Counted from the first letter of the stretch, positions 9,630-20,537 are shown. The stretch is DNA of 64,000 nt from an uncultured Desulfarculus sp. (GCA_963665125.2 CAXXUK010000001.1:3008001-3072000); one strand, 5' to 3'. Numbers and translations: made by a program. Notes: generated from the sequence alone by a model not told the origin.

Positions 9630-11801
9630 TTATTTCTTGAAGGCGGCCGACGCCTTCACCGTCTTGCCCGGCGTCACCTGCAACCCCTTGACTGTCACCG
9701 GCTTGACGTCAGATTCGTCCGGGAGGGTGAAGACCACGTCATAGGTTCCCGGCGCGATGAAAACCTTTTCATCTTCCTCCTGGCCGATATAACCCGTGCC
9801 CACGATATCCTGGCTGTCCGCCGCCAGGATGTCATAGGCGGCCTCGCCGGGCCTGCCGTTGACCGTGACCCTGCATGACAAAACGCCCCTGACCAAATTG
9901 GCCGTGGCCTTGGCCGGCGCGCCTGTTGACACCTGGACGCCCCGGACAAAGACCGGTTTGTCGGCAACGGTGTCTTGCAGCACGAATTTCAGGTCATATT
10001 GGCCAAGGGGCAGTTCCACCACTTCCCTTTCGCCCTGGCTAATGTAACCGCTGCTGATGGAGTCCTCGCTGCCTGCGGGCATGACGTCATAGGCGGCCTC
10101 GCCAGACTTGCCGTTGACCATGGCGACGACCAGCAGCTTGCCCTGGCCGAATTCGCCCACGGCCTTGGCCGGAGCGCCGGGGCTCACCTTGACGCCGCGC
10201 ACCACCACCGGCACGGAACCGGCGGTGTTGGGAGTGCTGAATCTAATGTCGTATTCGCCCGGCGGCAGATCAATCACTTCCTTCTCGCCGGGACTGACGT
10301 AACCGCCCCGGATGGAGTCTTCGCTGCCCGCGGGCATGATGTCATAGGCGGCCTCGCCAGGCTTGCCGTTGATTATGGCGCCGAGCATGAGCTTGCCCTG
10401 GCCGAACTCGCCCACGGCCTTGGCCGGAGCGCCGGGAGACACCTTGACGCCGCGCACCATTATCGGAACGGAACCGGCCGTGTCGGGCGTGCTGAATTTG
10501 ATGTCGTACTCGCCCGGCGGCAGATCCACCACTTCCTTCTCGCCGGGACTGACGTAACCGCCCCGAACCACGTCCCCGGTTCCGGCAGCCATGATGTCGT
10601 AGGAGGCCTCGCCAGGCTTGCCGTTGACTATGGCGCTGAGCATGAGCTTGCCCTGGCCGAACTCGCCCACGGCCTTGGCCGTAGCGCTAGGCGACACCTT
10701 GACGCCGCTGACCATCACCGGCACGGAACCGGCCGTGTTGGGAGTGCTGAATTTCACGTCGTACTCGCCCGGCGGCAGCGCAACCACTTCCTTCTCATTG
10801 GGATTGACGTAACCGCCCCGGATCACATCCTCGGCTCCGGCGGCCATGATGTCATAGGCGGCCTCGCCGGGTTTGCCGTTGATTATGGCGCTGAGGGCCA
10901 GATGGCCCACCGAGAAGTCGAACTCCTTTTTCTGGTCCGCTTGTTCCATGACAAGCTCTGCCGTCTGTTGTTGGCCTGTTTCCGGCTCAACCACGGTCAG
11001 TTCATAGGAGCCGGGCTCCAGTGGGATCCCCTCAGGATCATCGGCCTGGATCGTAATGGAGAACAGTTCATTGCCGTCCTTGGCCACATCCACCCGCACC
11101 ACCGCCGGTTTGCCGTTCACGCGGCCCTGGGCAATCAGGACGGCCAGTTTCTTGGACGATGACGAGGCCACGGCCTGTTTGGCCGCCAGCTTCAGCTGAC
11201 CGGCGCTGGAGGCGGGCAGATACATGCCGCCTCCGGCCTTGGCCATGCATTCAAGCTGCTGACGCTCATCCTTGCCCACGTCAAAGCCGATGACGTGCAG
11301 CACAAAGGCGATGCCTTTTTTCTTCAGTTCCGCAACCATCTGGCAGGGGTCGCCCTCGCAGCTTTCCTTGCCATCGCTGACCAGGATGATCGTAACCTGG
11401 CCCCCGGTCTTCTTCAGTCCCTGGGCCGCCTGGATCACCGAGGCGGTCAGCGGGGTCTTGCCCTTGGGCGAAATCCCGGCCACGGCGTCGAGCAGCTGCT
11501 TTTTGTCCAGCGGGGCCACGGGCACAACCGTTTCCACATCGGCGCAGTCGCCCTTTCGGCGATGGCCATAGGCCATCAGGCCCACCTGCAAATTGTCCGG
11601 CAGGTCCGCGACGATCCCGGCCATGGCCTCCTTGGCGATGGCTATTTTGGGCTGGCCGTCTATCTGGCCCCACATGCTGCCCGAGGCGTCAAGAATGAAA
11701 AAGACCGTATCCTGGGCCGCTTGGGCCACTTGCCCGAAGGCCGCGGCCAGCGACAGCGCCACGGCGAAAAGCAAAATCCGTATGGACCTGTAGTTTTTCA
11801 T
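9630..11801 (-). CDS. Secreted VWA-domain protein with C-terminal tandem ~85-aa repeats
   Basis: Signal peptide, MIDAS DASGSM, TPL, SDG; repeats NGKPGEAAYDI...LPPGEYD. Confidence 0.9.
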   Translation of the reverse strand: MKNYRSIRILLFAVALSLAAAFGQVAQAAQDTVFFILDASGSMWGQIDGQPKIAIAKEAMAGIVADLPDNLQVGLMAYGHRRKGDCADVETVVPVAPLDKKQLLDAVAGISPKGKTPLTASVIQAAQGLKKTGGQVTIILVSDGKESCEGDPCQMVAELKKKGIAFVLHVIGFDVGKDERQQLECMAKAGGGMYLPASSAGQLKLAAKQAVASSSSKKLAVLIAQGRVNGKPAVVRVDVAKDGNELFSITIQADDPEGIPLEPGSYELTVVEPETGQQQTAELVMEQADQKKEFDFSVGHLALSAIINGKPGEAAYDIMAAGAEDVIRGGYVNPNEKEVVALPPGEYDVKFSTPNTAGSVPVMVSGVKVSPSATAKAVGEFGQGKLMLSAIVNGKPGEASYDIMAAGTGDVVRGGYVSPGEKEVVDLPPGEYDIKFSTPDTAGSVPIMVRGVKVSPGAPAKAVGEFGQGKLMLGAIINGKPGEAAYDIMPAGSEDSIRGGYVSPGEKEVIDLPPGEYDIRFSTPNTAGSVPVVVRGVKVSPGAPAKAVGEFGQGKLLVVAMVNGKSGEAAYDVMPAGSEDSISSGYISQGEREVVELPLGQYDLKFVLQDTVADKPVFVRGVQVSTGAPAKATANLVRGVLSCRVTVNGRPGEAAYDILAADSQDIVGTGYIGQEEDEKVFIAPGTYDVVFTLPDESDVKPVTVKGLQVTPGKTVKASAAFKK
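9850..10900 (-). repeat. Intragenic 255-bp tandem repeat (about 4 copies)
   Basis: Near-identical segments at 255-bp spacing (e.g. 10108/10363/10618). Confidence 0.9.
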
Positions 11802-11917
11802 AAATTGAGCTTCATCCTTTTTTGAACATCGAAAACACCGGCAAGGACCTGGCCGCCGGACCATGAAAACCCGCCCGGATCGCGGCGAATGATTCACCGG
11901 CCAAATGCGGATTTTAG

Positions 11918-11947
11918 ATTATATTCAAAGGCCTTATTGACCGTCAA
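11918..11947 (-). promoter_or_regulatory. Sigma70-type promoter of the VWA gene
   Basis: Minus strand TTGACG-N18-TATAAT. Confidence 0.6.
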
Positions 11948-12103
11948 ACAATCTCGTTGCCGGATTTTATTTTAGGATTGATTTGCCCGCGAAAGGCGTG
12001 ACGCGGGTACGGATAACGGGCCGAGGCCGCCCCCGATATTTGGAGTCATGCAATACAAGGAGCTTAAAGAGAACCCTCGCCGCTAAAAAAAAGGCCGCGA
12101 AGG

Positions 12104-12310
12104 CTACTTTCGATTGCGCATGGCCTCTGAAATATAGGCGGCTCCGACCACCAGGGCAGCAAGAGTCAGGGCGATGAACCAGTCCGTGCCCGAAGTCAGG
12201 GCCTTGGCAATCGGCTGTTTGCTCAGAAAAGCCAGATCCAGGAACCATCCGCCGACCAGACCCAGAGCGGCCCTGATCAGAAAAACCACACCTCTATTCA
12301 TTTGGCCCAA
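12104..12310 (-). CDS. Small two-TM membrane protein
   Basis: 68 aa, two hydrophobic segments, GGAGG upstream. Confidence 0.65.
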   Translation of the reverse strand: MGQMNRGVVFLIRAALGLVGGWFLDLAFLSKQPIAKALTSGTDWFIALTLAALVVGAAYISEAMRNRK

Positions 12311-12387
12311 ACCTCCCGTAGCGTTGGTCTAGGCCAATTTACCCACCCGGAGGCATTATTACAAGCGCCGTATTGCCTTCATTCCCA

Positions 12388-13224
12388 TTAGGGCAGGTTC
12401 TCCACGAAATCCCGTATCTTGGCAAAATAGGCATCCTCATCGATCAGGTAGGTGTTGTTGTGGCCCGCCCCCTCCAGGGTCACGAACTCCTTGGGAGCCG
12501 GCGCGGCCATGAACAAACGGCGCCCCAGGGCCATGGGCACTATGTCGTCGCTGTCGCCATGGAAAAACAGGATCGGGCACTTCACGCCGGCGATCTTGCG
12601 GCGGGCGTTGAAACGGCTGCGCAGCCACTTGTCCGGAAGCGGCAACGGGAAATGCAGACGGGCCATGGCCCCGAGATTGGTAAAGGTCGATTCCAAAACC
12701 AGCCCGGCGCAGCCGCATTGGGCCGCCACGTGAACGGCGGCGATGCCACCCAGGGAACGGCCGAAGATTACGAGCTTGTCACCATTTTTTTCGGCCCTGA
12801 TCCGGGCCACCGACCACGCCGCCTCGGCGTCTCGGTACAGGCTGTCCTCGCTGGGCCGCCCCCGGCTCTTGCCGTAGCCCCGGTAATCGAAGATCAACAC
12901 GCTGATTCCGTTGCGGTTCAGGCGCATGATGTTGTCGACCCGGTCGCCTATATTGCCCGCGTTGCCGTGGCAAAACAGCATCAGCGTCCGGCTGCCCGCG
13001 CAGGGCACGTACCATCCGTGCAAGCGGACTCCTCCGGCCGATTCGAACCACACGTCGTCGTACTTCATGCCGAAATCCGCCGGAGTAAAGTTGAGGTGCT
13101 TTTCCGGGTAGAAAATCTGGCTTTCGACTAGCTTTTGCCACCCGCTCAACCATGTAGCCATAAGAGCCACTCCCAGCGCGGTGATGGCTCCAAACCACCA
13201 CCAACGTGCTATTATGTTCGACAT
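12388..13224 (-). CDS. Alpha/beta hydrolase (ABHD12/BEM46-like)
   Basis: HGNAGN, DYRGYG, GRSLG, HG..D.IVP, AGHN. Confidence 0.9.
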   Translation of the reverse strand: MSNIIARWWWFGAITALGVALMATWLSGWQKLVESQIFYPEKHLNFTPADFGMKYDDVWFESAGGVRLHGWYVPCAGSRTLMLFCHGNAGNIGDRVDNIMRLNRNGISVLIFDYRGYGKSRGRPSEDSLYRDAEAAWSVARIRAEKNGDKLVIFGRSLGGIAAVHVAAQCGCAGLVLESTFTNLGAMARLHFPLPLPDKWLRSRFNARRKIAGVKCPILFFHGDSDDIVPMALGRRLFMAAPAPKEFVTLEGAGHNNTYLIDEDAYFAKIRDFVENLP

Positions 13225-13376
13225 AGTAATATGGTAGCACAATCGAACATGCCGCAACTGAACATGATTTTCGCAAAGGTGGCGTTTTTTTCCCGAAACG
13301 TTGCGGCCTGGCTATAAGAATGGCCTATATTGCACGTCATTGCCCATAGATACACCATATAGCAAAGGTGGAAGCA

Positions 13377-14396
13377 ATGTTGCGCCGTATGATCATCCTC
13401 AGCTTTGTCGCTCTTATTGTCTGCCTCATGCCGGCGGCCGCCCAGGCCAACCTGCAATGGCGAAAATGGCAGGACCCCAAGGAAGGGGCCTTCAGCATCA
13501 ACGTCCCCGCCGGTTGGCGGGTTGAGGGAGGCCTGGTCCGCAACGCCCCTCTGGACGTGCGGCTCGATGTCCTGGTGAGCAGCCCCGATGGTCTGGTGCA
13601 GATCCGCATCGGTGACGCGATGATACCGCCCTTTGTCGTGCCAACCCAGTTGCTGGCTCAGGCTGGTTTTGCGGAAGGCCGTTGGTACAGCCCCGGCTAT
13701 GGGGTCAATTTTTTGGTCCAGCGTTATCTGCCCGCTTCATATTTCATGACCCAATGGTATTTGCCCCAGCAGGTGGGGCACATCCAAAACGTGCTGGTCC
13801 GCGTGCATCGGGCCCAGGCCCAGCAGATATCCCAGAAACTGAGCCAGAATGGCATCCAGGTGCGGGTCGACATGGCCGACATGACCTTTCAGACAAGAAC
13901 CAACCAAGGGCAATACAACGGATATGCCATGATCCAGACAAAGCTGGTCAGCATGCCCGGCTCCCAGGGGGCTACTTGGGAAGTAAGCAAAATGACCGCG
14001 TACTTGGCCGATCCCCGGGCCGAAGCCCTGGCGGCCGCGGTATACTCCGGCGTTGTGGGCGGTTTTCAGTGGAACCCACAGTGGTACGCCCGCCAATTGC
14101 AGATCATTGGCGCATCCAGCGAAATCATCCACCAGGCGGACAACGAGATACTAAAGATCATCCAGGATGTAATCAAAAACCGCCAGCAGGCCTTTGACCG
14201 GGCCAATAAAAAATGGGACGAATACATCCGAGGCACCCGCACGATCATCGGCCCGGATGGCAAGCCGCACGAGGTGCAGGACGGCTTTGACAAGTACATC
14301 ATGACGCCCGACGGCCAGATATACGGACAAAACCACGACATGACGGGCGAAAACTACGTCATCGGCCAGGACGGCAACCGCTACAAGATCGAATAG
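13377..14396 (+). CDS. Secreted hypothetical protein
   Basis: Signal peptide (PAAAQA), long ORF, Q/W/G-rich. Confidence 0.75.
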   Translation: MLRRMIILSFVALIVCLMPAAAQANLQWRKWQDPKEGAFSINVPAGWRVEGGLVRNAPLDVRLDVLVSSPDGLVQIRIGDAMIPPFVVPTQLLAQAGFAEGRWYSPGYGVNFLVQRYLPASYFMTQWYLPQQVGHIQNVLVRVHRAQAQQISQKLSQNGIQVRVDMADMTFQTRTNQGQYNGYAMIQTKLVSMPGSQGATWEVSKMTAYLADPRAEALAAAVYSGVVGGFQWNPQWYARQLQIIGASSEIIHQADNEILKIIQDVIKNRQQAFDRANKKWDEYIRGTRTIIGPDGKPHEVQDGFDKYIMTPDGQIYGQNHDMTGENYVIGQDGNRYKIE

Positions 14397-14408
14397 CCGC
14401 CGGGGAGC

Positions 14409-15899
14409 TTATTTGGCCCCCGGGCCCTGATGGCCAATCTGCTCTTTTAGTTTATTTTTTTCGTGCTCATGCTCCAGAGCCATCTTGTAGGAAACGTAAA
14501 TCGTATTGATTTTACGGACATAGCGCACAGGTTCGCTGCTCACCTTGCGCTGGGTGGCCACCTCGGTTTCCAGGAACCAGATATCCGGGTTGTAGCCCAT
14601 ATCGTCGGCCATGCTTCGGATGCGGCTGAGCCTGGTGGGCCCGGCGTTGTAGGCCGCCAGGGCAAAGCGGATCTGCTCGTCGGGGTTCAGTTTCTTGTCG
14701 CCAAAATAAGTATCGCGGATCAGGGCCAGGTATTTGACTCCGGCGTGGACGTTATTTTCCGGATCCTGCAGGTCCTTGATTCCCACGCGTTCGTCGTCGG
14801 CCAGGGAAGGCAAAAGCTGCATGATGCCGATGGCCCCGGCGTGGGACTTGGCATTGGGGTCGAAACCCGACTCCACAAAGGCCTGGGCGGCGATCAACAC
14901 CGGGTCTATGCCGTACATTTCGCCGTACTTAATGAACCATTTGCGGTATTTCTGCCATTCCTCGCGAGCCCTGGCCTCGTTGGGGTTCTTGATCCACTTG
15001 GTGTCTTTGAAGTAGCGGTTAAAGAAAATATTGCCCAGCTTGGTGCCCTTTTTATGGGTGGCCATGAACTTGTCAAGGCTGGCCTTGAGCTTGGGGCTGT
15101 CCTTGCGGACCATCCAGGCCAACTCGCCGCCGGTGGCCACGGCCAGGTTTTTCTGCACAGTGATGTCGGGCATCACCTGACTCCAAAGGTCGGCTATCTG
15201 GGAGTCGGCAATGGTGATATCGACGATGCCGGCGTTGACCATCTCCAGGATGTCCTCGGTGGCCAGGGTTTCGTCCACCGGCTGAATCTTCACGGGTTTG
15301 AGTTTCTTGGCCTTCAGATCCTTGTTCAGTTTGACCAGGCTTTGGTAATAGCTGCTGGACTTGCGCACGTACACGTTACGTCCGGAAAGGTCATCGAGAG
15401 TTTTCAGGTCCTTGACCGACTTGTTCGTAACCACCAGTTCACTGACATCGCTGAGATAGGGCGTGGTGAAGGCAATTTTCTTGGCCCGCTCCGGAGTGAT
15501 GGTCTTGCCCGCGGCCACGATATCCACACTTCCCTCGTTGAGGGCAGAAATGGCCTCGTCGGCGTGCAAGAGGATATAGACCATGCTCACCGGGTGTTTT
15601 TTCTCTTTTTTCAGCCTGTCGTTGAGGTTTTTGGCATATTCCTCCACCAAATTGTATTCAAAGCCCTTTTTCTGGCCTGCCGAGAAAAAGAAGTTGGTTT
15701 GCGAATACACCGTACCCACCCTGATGGCGGTCTTATCGATCAGTTGGGGCAGATCGTACTTGAAACGCTTTTCCAAAAAACCGGCCATCAAGGTGTCATT
15801 TTCAAGCAGTTTTTCCATATCATCGCAATTGCCGGGCGCCGCGTAAAAAGCCATAACCAGCATTGCCGTCAGCAGGCCAATGAAAAACCTTTTGGACAT
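14409..15899 (-). CDS. MltF-like lytic transglycosylase (substrate-binding domain + SLT)
   Basis: GFEY, TITPER, VRKSSSY; SLT motifs ES.F, GIMQL, AAYNAG. Confidence 0.9.
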   Translation of the reverse strand: MSKRFFIGLLTAMLVMAFYAAPGNCDDMEKLLENDTLMAGFLEKRFKYDLPQLIDKTAIRVGTVYSQTNFFFSAGQKKGFEYNLVEEYAKNLNDRLKKEKKHPVSMVYILLHADEAISALNEGSVDIVAAGKTITPERAKKIAFTTPYLSDVSELVVTNKSVKDLKTLDDLSGRNVYVRKSSSYYQSLVKLNKDLKAKKLKPVKIQPVDETLATEDILEMVNAGIVDITIADSQIADLWSQVMPDITVQKNLAVATGGELAWMVRKDSPKLKASLDKFMATHKKGTKLGNIFFNRYFKDTKWIKNPNEARAREEWQKYRKWFIKYGEMYGIDPVLIAAQAFVESGFDPNAKSHAGAIGIMQLLPSLADDERVGIKDLQDPENNVHAGVKYLALIRDTYFGDKKLNPDEQIRFALAAYNAGPTRLSRIRSMADDMGYNPDIWFLETEVATQRKVSSEPVRYVRKINTIYVSYKMALEHEHEKNKLKEQIGHQGPGAK

Positions 15900-15962
15900 G
15901 AGTCCCTCCCTAAAGGCCGAGTTTGTTCAACAAGTGAAACTTCCAGTGAAAAGGCTGCTGTT

Positions 15963-16703
15963 TTACCGCCAACGGTAGATGCGGCCCTCGTAATTGCAGA
16001 TCCAGGCCCTGGCCCGTGAGTCCACCGCTATGGCCGTGCCGCTACCGCCGGCGGAGTCCCAACCCATGCCGTTCCAGCGGTAGACCTCGTAACCGCCCGA
16101 AGACCGGCGGGCGCTGATGATCCACACCGAGTTGCCGCCAGCGCCGATATCCCTGGCCTGACCGGGTATCTGCTGCCAATTCATGCCGTCCCACCTGTAT
16201 ATCCTGCCGTTGGCGCTGACGATCCAGGGAAGGCCCTGGTCATCGACGGCAATGCGCACCGCCGAGCCGGGAACACGCTGCCAGTTGCCCGGACCGGTAA
16301 GCTTCCAAATGCCGTTGCCGCCGTCGCCCCGGCTGGTAACGCCGATGATCCAGACCTGGCCACCGCCGCAGGCGATGTCCGTAGCCGCGCCCTTTATCTG
16401 TTGCCAGCGCCCGTTGTCATAAAGCCATATGCGCTGCTGGTCGTTGACGATCCAGGCCCGGCCGAGGCGGTCGGCGGCGATGCGGACCCCTGCCCCACCA
16501 ACAGCCTGCCAGCCGCCGCCGTTCCAGCGCCATACGCCGTAGCCGCCGCCGTCGGTGCGGTTGGCGCCGATGCAGTAGGCCCCGTCCATGCCGGAAACCG
16601 CTATGTCCACGGCCTGACCGGGCAGTTGCTCCCATCCGGCCAAGGCAGTGCCGGGAATCGCCAGAATTAAAATCACCAAGAACGCAAACATGGCCCGCCG
16701 CAT
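15963..16703 (-). CDS. Secreted tectonin-repeat beta-propeller (putative lectin)
   Basis: Six repeats of W-Q-x-x-x-G-x-x-x-x-I-A...W; signal peptide. Confidence 0.8.
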   Translation of the reverse strand: MRRAMFAFLVILILAIPGTALAGWEQLPGQAVDIAVSGMDGAYCIGANRTDGGGYGVWRWNGGGWQAVGGAGVRIAADRLGRAWIVNDQQRIWLYDNGRWQQIKGAATDIACGGGQVWIIGVTSRGDGGNGIWKLTGPGNWQRVPGSAVRIAVDDQGLPWIVSANGRIYRWDGMNWQQIPGQARDIGAGGNSVWIISARRSSGGYEVYRWNGMGWDSAGGSGTAIAVDSRARAWICNYEGRIYRWR

Positions 16704-16838
16704 CCGTCACCTCCGAAAAAATGCCATAGTTGCCCTATAGTGTGCCCCAGCGGGCCATTTTTGACAACCGCATGTTGTGGACGGCCGCCCGGTGATTTGC
16801 TACCCTGCATGGATGAACCACATCGGATTGGAGACCCC

Positions 16839-17474
16839 ATGAAAGTAATCCAGCTTCTGGTCGGAAACATGCAGGTATTCGCCTACCTTGTGGCCTGCGA
16901 AAAAACCGGCGAGGCCCTGGTCATCGACCCGGCGGGCAATGAACAGCAAATCATCGACCACGCCAGCCAAAACGGCTTTAAAATCGTGGGCATAGTCAAC
17001 ACCCACGGCCATCCGGATCATACGTGCGGCAACGGCAGGATGAAGGAACTGACCGGCGCGCCGATCATCGCGCCCACGGGCGATGCCGAGCACATGGCCA
17101 GCGAACAGGCCACCCAATTCGCCAGGATGTTCGGCTGCGAGGGCACCCCCCCGGCCGATCAAATCGTTGCCGACGGCGACGTACTCAAAGCCGGCGAAGA
17201 GGTTGAGCTGAAGGTCATCGCCACACCCGGCCATTCACCCGGTTCGGTGGCGCTCTATATTCCGGGCCACGTGTTTACCGGCGACACCTTGTTCGTGGGC
17301 GGCGTGGGCCGCACGGACCTGCCTGGCGGTTCCTGGAATCAGATGCTGTCGTCGATCCAAAACAAGATCCTGACCCTGCCCGACGCCACAGTCGTCTGGC
17401 CGGGCCACCACTACGGGATGACTCCAAGCAGCACGGTAAAGGAAGAACGGGAAACCAACCCGTTCATCAACTAG
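16839..17474 (+). CDS. MBL-fold metallohydrolase (glyoxalase II-like)
   Basis: THGHPDH, TPGHSPG, FTGDTLF, PGH. Confidence 0.92.
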   Translation: MKVIQLLVGNMQVFAYLVACEKTGEALVIDPAGNEQQIIDHASQNGFKIVGIVNTHGHPDHTCGNGRMKELTGAPIIAPTGDAEHMASEQATQFARMFGCEGTPPADQIVADGDVLKAGEEVELKVIATPGHSPGSVALYIPGHVFTGDTLFVGGVGRTDLPGGSWNQMLSSIQNKILTLPDATVVWPGHHYGMTPSSTVKEERETNPFIN

Positions 17475-17494
17475 CAGGGTGCCGGAAAAATATA

Positions 17495-17530
17495 AGGCCG
17501 TGCCCGGCTGGGGCACGGCCCTGTTTTTTA
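17495..17530 (+). terminator. Intrinsic terminator
   Basis: GGCCGTGCCC-ggctg-GGGCACGGCC followed by T-run. Confidence 0.75.
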
Positions 17531-17544
17531 ATGTTTCGGTGGGT

Positions 17545-18300
17545 CTATTTTCCGCTTTTTTCGCCCGACTCGCTTAGGGCCTTGCCCACCTGGGCGGCTA
17601 TCCAAAGATAAAAATTCATGGGCTCGCCGGTGATCTGGCTGCGGCCGTGCAGACCCCAGTTCTGGATAGTCATCTCCATGTCCGCGGTTTCGGCCTTGAC
17701 CAGCCCAAGAGGGGGCACCTTTTCACTGACCCAGGCCTTGACCTGACGGCCCGCCTTGTCCTTGCCCTCCACCTCGATGACCTTCATCTTGATCTTTTTC
17801 TTTTTGAAACGCACGGTGATTTCCCGAGCTTTCGCCTCGGGGTCAAATGTCTGGAAATCAGCGGCATCGCCACCCTGTTCGGCAAAGAAGCTCTCGGGCA
17901 CGGTAAAGGGATCAAATCCCTGGGGCTGCACGATGACCTCCATGACATCTCCCGGACCGTCCGGCGTGTCGGCGGCCAGAATCTTGGTGATGACCTTTGG
18001 GTCGCCCTTTTCCTTCGACTTGCCCACCGGGCTGACCATCACCTCGATCCAGGCGGCTTTTTTGCCCTCATGCACCGTCTTTTCCAAGGTGCAGAAGCGC
18101 AGGCGATATTCCTTGTCCAGTTTTTTATCGGTCACCCAATACTCGGCCCAGGCGCCCGGAACGAAGTTGTAGTGGCCCTTGACCACAACCAGCGGCACCT
18201 GACCCTGCACATCCTCGGAACCGGCCGCCCACGCTGGCGCGGCGCAAAGGGCCATGATCATCAGCAGGATCAGGCTGACAAGGCGCGTTGTTTTATGCAT
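17545..18300 (-). CDS. Secreted hypothetical protein
   Basis: Signal peptide (APAWA), AGGAG RBS. Confidence 0.75.
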   Translation of the reverse strand: MHKTTRLVSLILLMIMALCAAPAWAAGSEDVQGQVPLVVVKGHYNFVPGAWAEYWVTDKKLDKEYRLRFCTLEKTVHEGKKAAWIEVMVSPVGKSKEKGDPKVITKILAADTPDGPGDVMEVIVQPQGFDPFTVPESFFAEQGGDAADFQTFDPEAKAREITVRFKKKKIKMKVIEVEGKDKAGRQVKAWVSEKVPPLGLVKAETADMEMTIQNWGLHGRSQITGEPMNFYLWIAAQVGKALSESGEKSGK

Positions 18301-18587
18301 GGGTCCATTCTCCTTGGTGTCGGAATCCGGCGGCCAAACCACCCGCCAACTATTTTAAAATGCATTTATTACAGATGAATATGGAAGACGGTTTTTTCAC
18401 ACAGGCTCACATTTTTGCCGAAAAACAATCACAGGTCAAGTTTTGAGGGTTATACGGCTGTCAGTCCTTGAAATATTGGTATGAGGATAAATAAAATATA
18501 TCTACGCATTTAATAATATAATTAATCACATGTTGGCTATGAGCCGGTCACCCTATGGCGTTTGTCATGCCAAGGAGGTCAACAAGC

Positions 18588-20222
18588 ATGAACCTAAAAC
18601 AAAAGCTTGCCATCCTGGCTGGAATTCCCATCATTGGCCTACTTGTTTTGGCCTCCATTGGCTGGTTGTACCTAAACCAGCAGACCACTTTGACCGCAAC
18701 CCTGATCAACGATCAGTTCGTGCCGTTGGTCGAGAGAGACGTCGACGCACTCAACAAGCTCCAGGCAAGCATAAAAACGCTTCTGGAGGCCGACCGGGAT
18801 GCATATCAAACCACGGTGGCCGAAATGGGCATCCTCCAAGCCGCAGCCGGTTCGAACACCGAAAAACTGCTTTCCGCGCACAAGGAAAACATACAACAGG
18901 TCAAGGACCGCCTAGCCAAGGCTTCCAAGGCCTTCGATTCGGCCATGCTGGCCAAATATTCCACTTTTGAAGACCAGTACATTCAATGGAAGCAATCCAC
19001 GGACAGGGTCGTGCAATTGGCCGGATCGGAAGAAACCAAAGTCCAAGCCCTTGAGTTGAGCTCCAGCGCCACCAGCAAGGCCTTTAGCGCCATGCGCGAC
19101 ACCATTGACCAGATCAGCCAGATGCTCGACGAAAAGATCGCCAAGACCATGGCCGATGTAAATGCCAAAAAGAAGGCCGCTACCGATCTGGGCAACAACG
19201 CCCAGGGCCAAGCCCAAACAGCCATTTTCTTGTTTGCCGTTATCACCTTGATAGCCGCTGGCATCAGTATCGCGGTGACCGTCGTAATGACCATCAGTAT
19301 AACCAGGCCGGTCAGATTGGTTGCCGAAGGACTGGAGCAGGGAGCCGGACAACTGGCGTCGGCATCCGGTGAGGTATCCAATTCCAGTCAATCCCTGGCT
19401 CAAGGCACCTCGGAGCAGGCGGCCAGCCTCGAACAAACGACGTCATCAATGGAGGAAATGGCCTCCATGACCAAGCAGAACGCCGATAATGCGAACCAGG
19501 CCGACGGCATGATGAAGGAAGCGGGCCAGATAGTTGCGGATGCGGTACAGGCCATGCATGAGTTGCGGACCGCGATGGAAAAAATCAACGCGGCCAGCGA
19601 TGAGACAGCCAAGATCATAAAGACAATCGACGAGATAGCCTTCCAGACAAACCTGTTGGCACTCAACGCCGCTGTCGAAGCAGCCCGGGCGGGCGAGGCG
19701 GGCGCCGGCTTTGCCGTTGTCGCCGACGAAGTTAGGTCCCTGGCCATGCGCGCCGCCGAAGCCGCCAAACACACATCCACGTTGATCGAACAAAACATCA
19801 GCAATATCAGAAGGGGTTCTGATTTAGTTAAAAACACCGATGAAATATTCGTCCAAATTCAGGAATCGGCTTCCAAGGTCGCTGAATTGGTCGGCGAAAT
19901 ATCCGCCGCCAGTTCGGAACAATCACAGGGCATCAGTCAAGTCAACCTGGCCATGGGACAGATGGACGGGGTGACCCAGCAAATCGCGGCCAATGCCGAA
20001 GAGGCAGCGGCGGCTTCCGAACAACTGAATGCTCAATCAGCCGCCTTGCAAAACTATGTGGTGCAACTCAACAAGGTCTTGGGAAAAGGAAATCGCGGCA
20101 AGATGCTGATCGCCTCAAGCCGGACAAAAAGCAAAAAAGCCAAGGTGCCTTCACCAAAAGCAAAGCCCCTACCAGCCCCGGCATCCACCATCAACGATGA
20201 AATTGACTTCGACGGTTTTTAA
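18588..20222 (+). CDS. Methyl-accepting chemotaxis protein
   Basis: Two TM segments; [35 protein letters not shown]-terminal DFDGF tail. Confidence 0.97.
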   Translation: MNLKQKLAILAGIPIIGLLVLASIGWLYLNQQTTLTATLINDQFVPLVERDVDALNKLQASIKTLLEADRDAYQTTVAEMGILQAAAGSNTEKLLSAHKENIQQVKDRLAKASKAFDSAMLAKYSTFEDQYIQWKQSTDRVVQLAGSEETKVQALELSSSATSKAFSAMRDTIDQISQMLDEKIAKTMADVNAKKKAATDLGNNAQGQAQTAIFLFAVITLIAAGISIAVTVVMTISITRPVRLVAEGLEQGAGQLASASGEVSNSSQSLAQGTSEQAASLEQTTSSMEEMASMTKQNADNANQADGMMKEAGQIVADAVQAMHELRTAMEKINAASDETAKIIKTIDEIAFQTNLLALNAAVEAARAGEAGAGFAVVADEVRSLAMRAAEAAKHTSTLIEQNISNIRRGSDLVKNTDEIFVQIQESASKVAELVGEISAASSEQSQGISQVNLAMGQMDGVTQQIAANAEEAAAASEQLNAQSAALQNYVVQLNKVLGKGNRGKMLIASSRTKSKKAKVPSPKAKPLPAPASTINDEIDFDGF

Positions 20223-20520
20223 CAATTACCAGGCCGTTGGGGCACATCGCCCCGGCGGCCGTCAACCTTCCAGCCTGCCAGCCGACTTGAGGTCCGGTGA
20301 CCACCCACAGGCACATCCTTCACTTTTTTTCGGGGGGCCAGGGCCTCTACTGTAAACGATTTTCTCACCAAGACCACGCCCGCCGCGAAAAGATTATGCG
20401 GGAACGTCACATCCGTAAGGCCCATCTAAGGCATGCCTCAGGCTGGTTCGGGGCCGAAATGCCGTATTATTCCAGAGCGTTGCAAAATAATCAAATTTGC
20501 GTGGCCGCACCCGGGCATCG

Positions 20521-20537
20521 ACGGCACACTACTTGCT
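20521..20537 (+). promoter_or_regulatory. Sigma54 -24/-12 promoter
   Basis: ACGGCACACTACTTGCT = GG-N10-GC with GGCAC/TTGCT, about 75 nt before ATG 20613. Confidence 0.6.

Noticed and set aside
18395..18426. Sigma28 promoter for the MCP gene (GCCGAAAA)
   Set aside because: No convincing -35 TAAAG/TCAAG at the correct spacing
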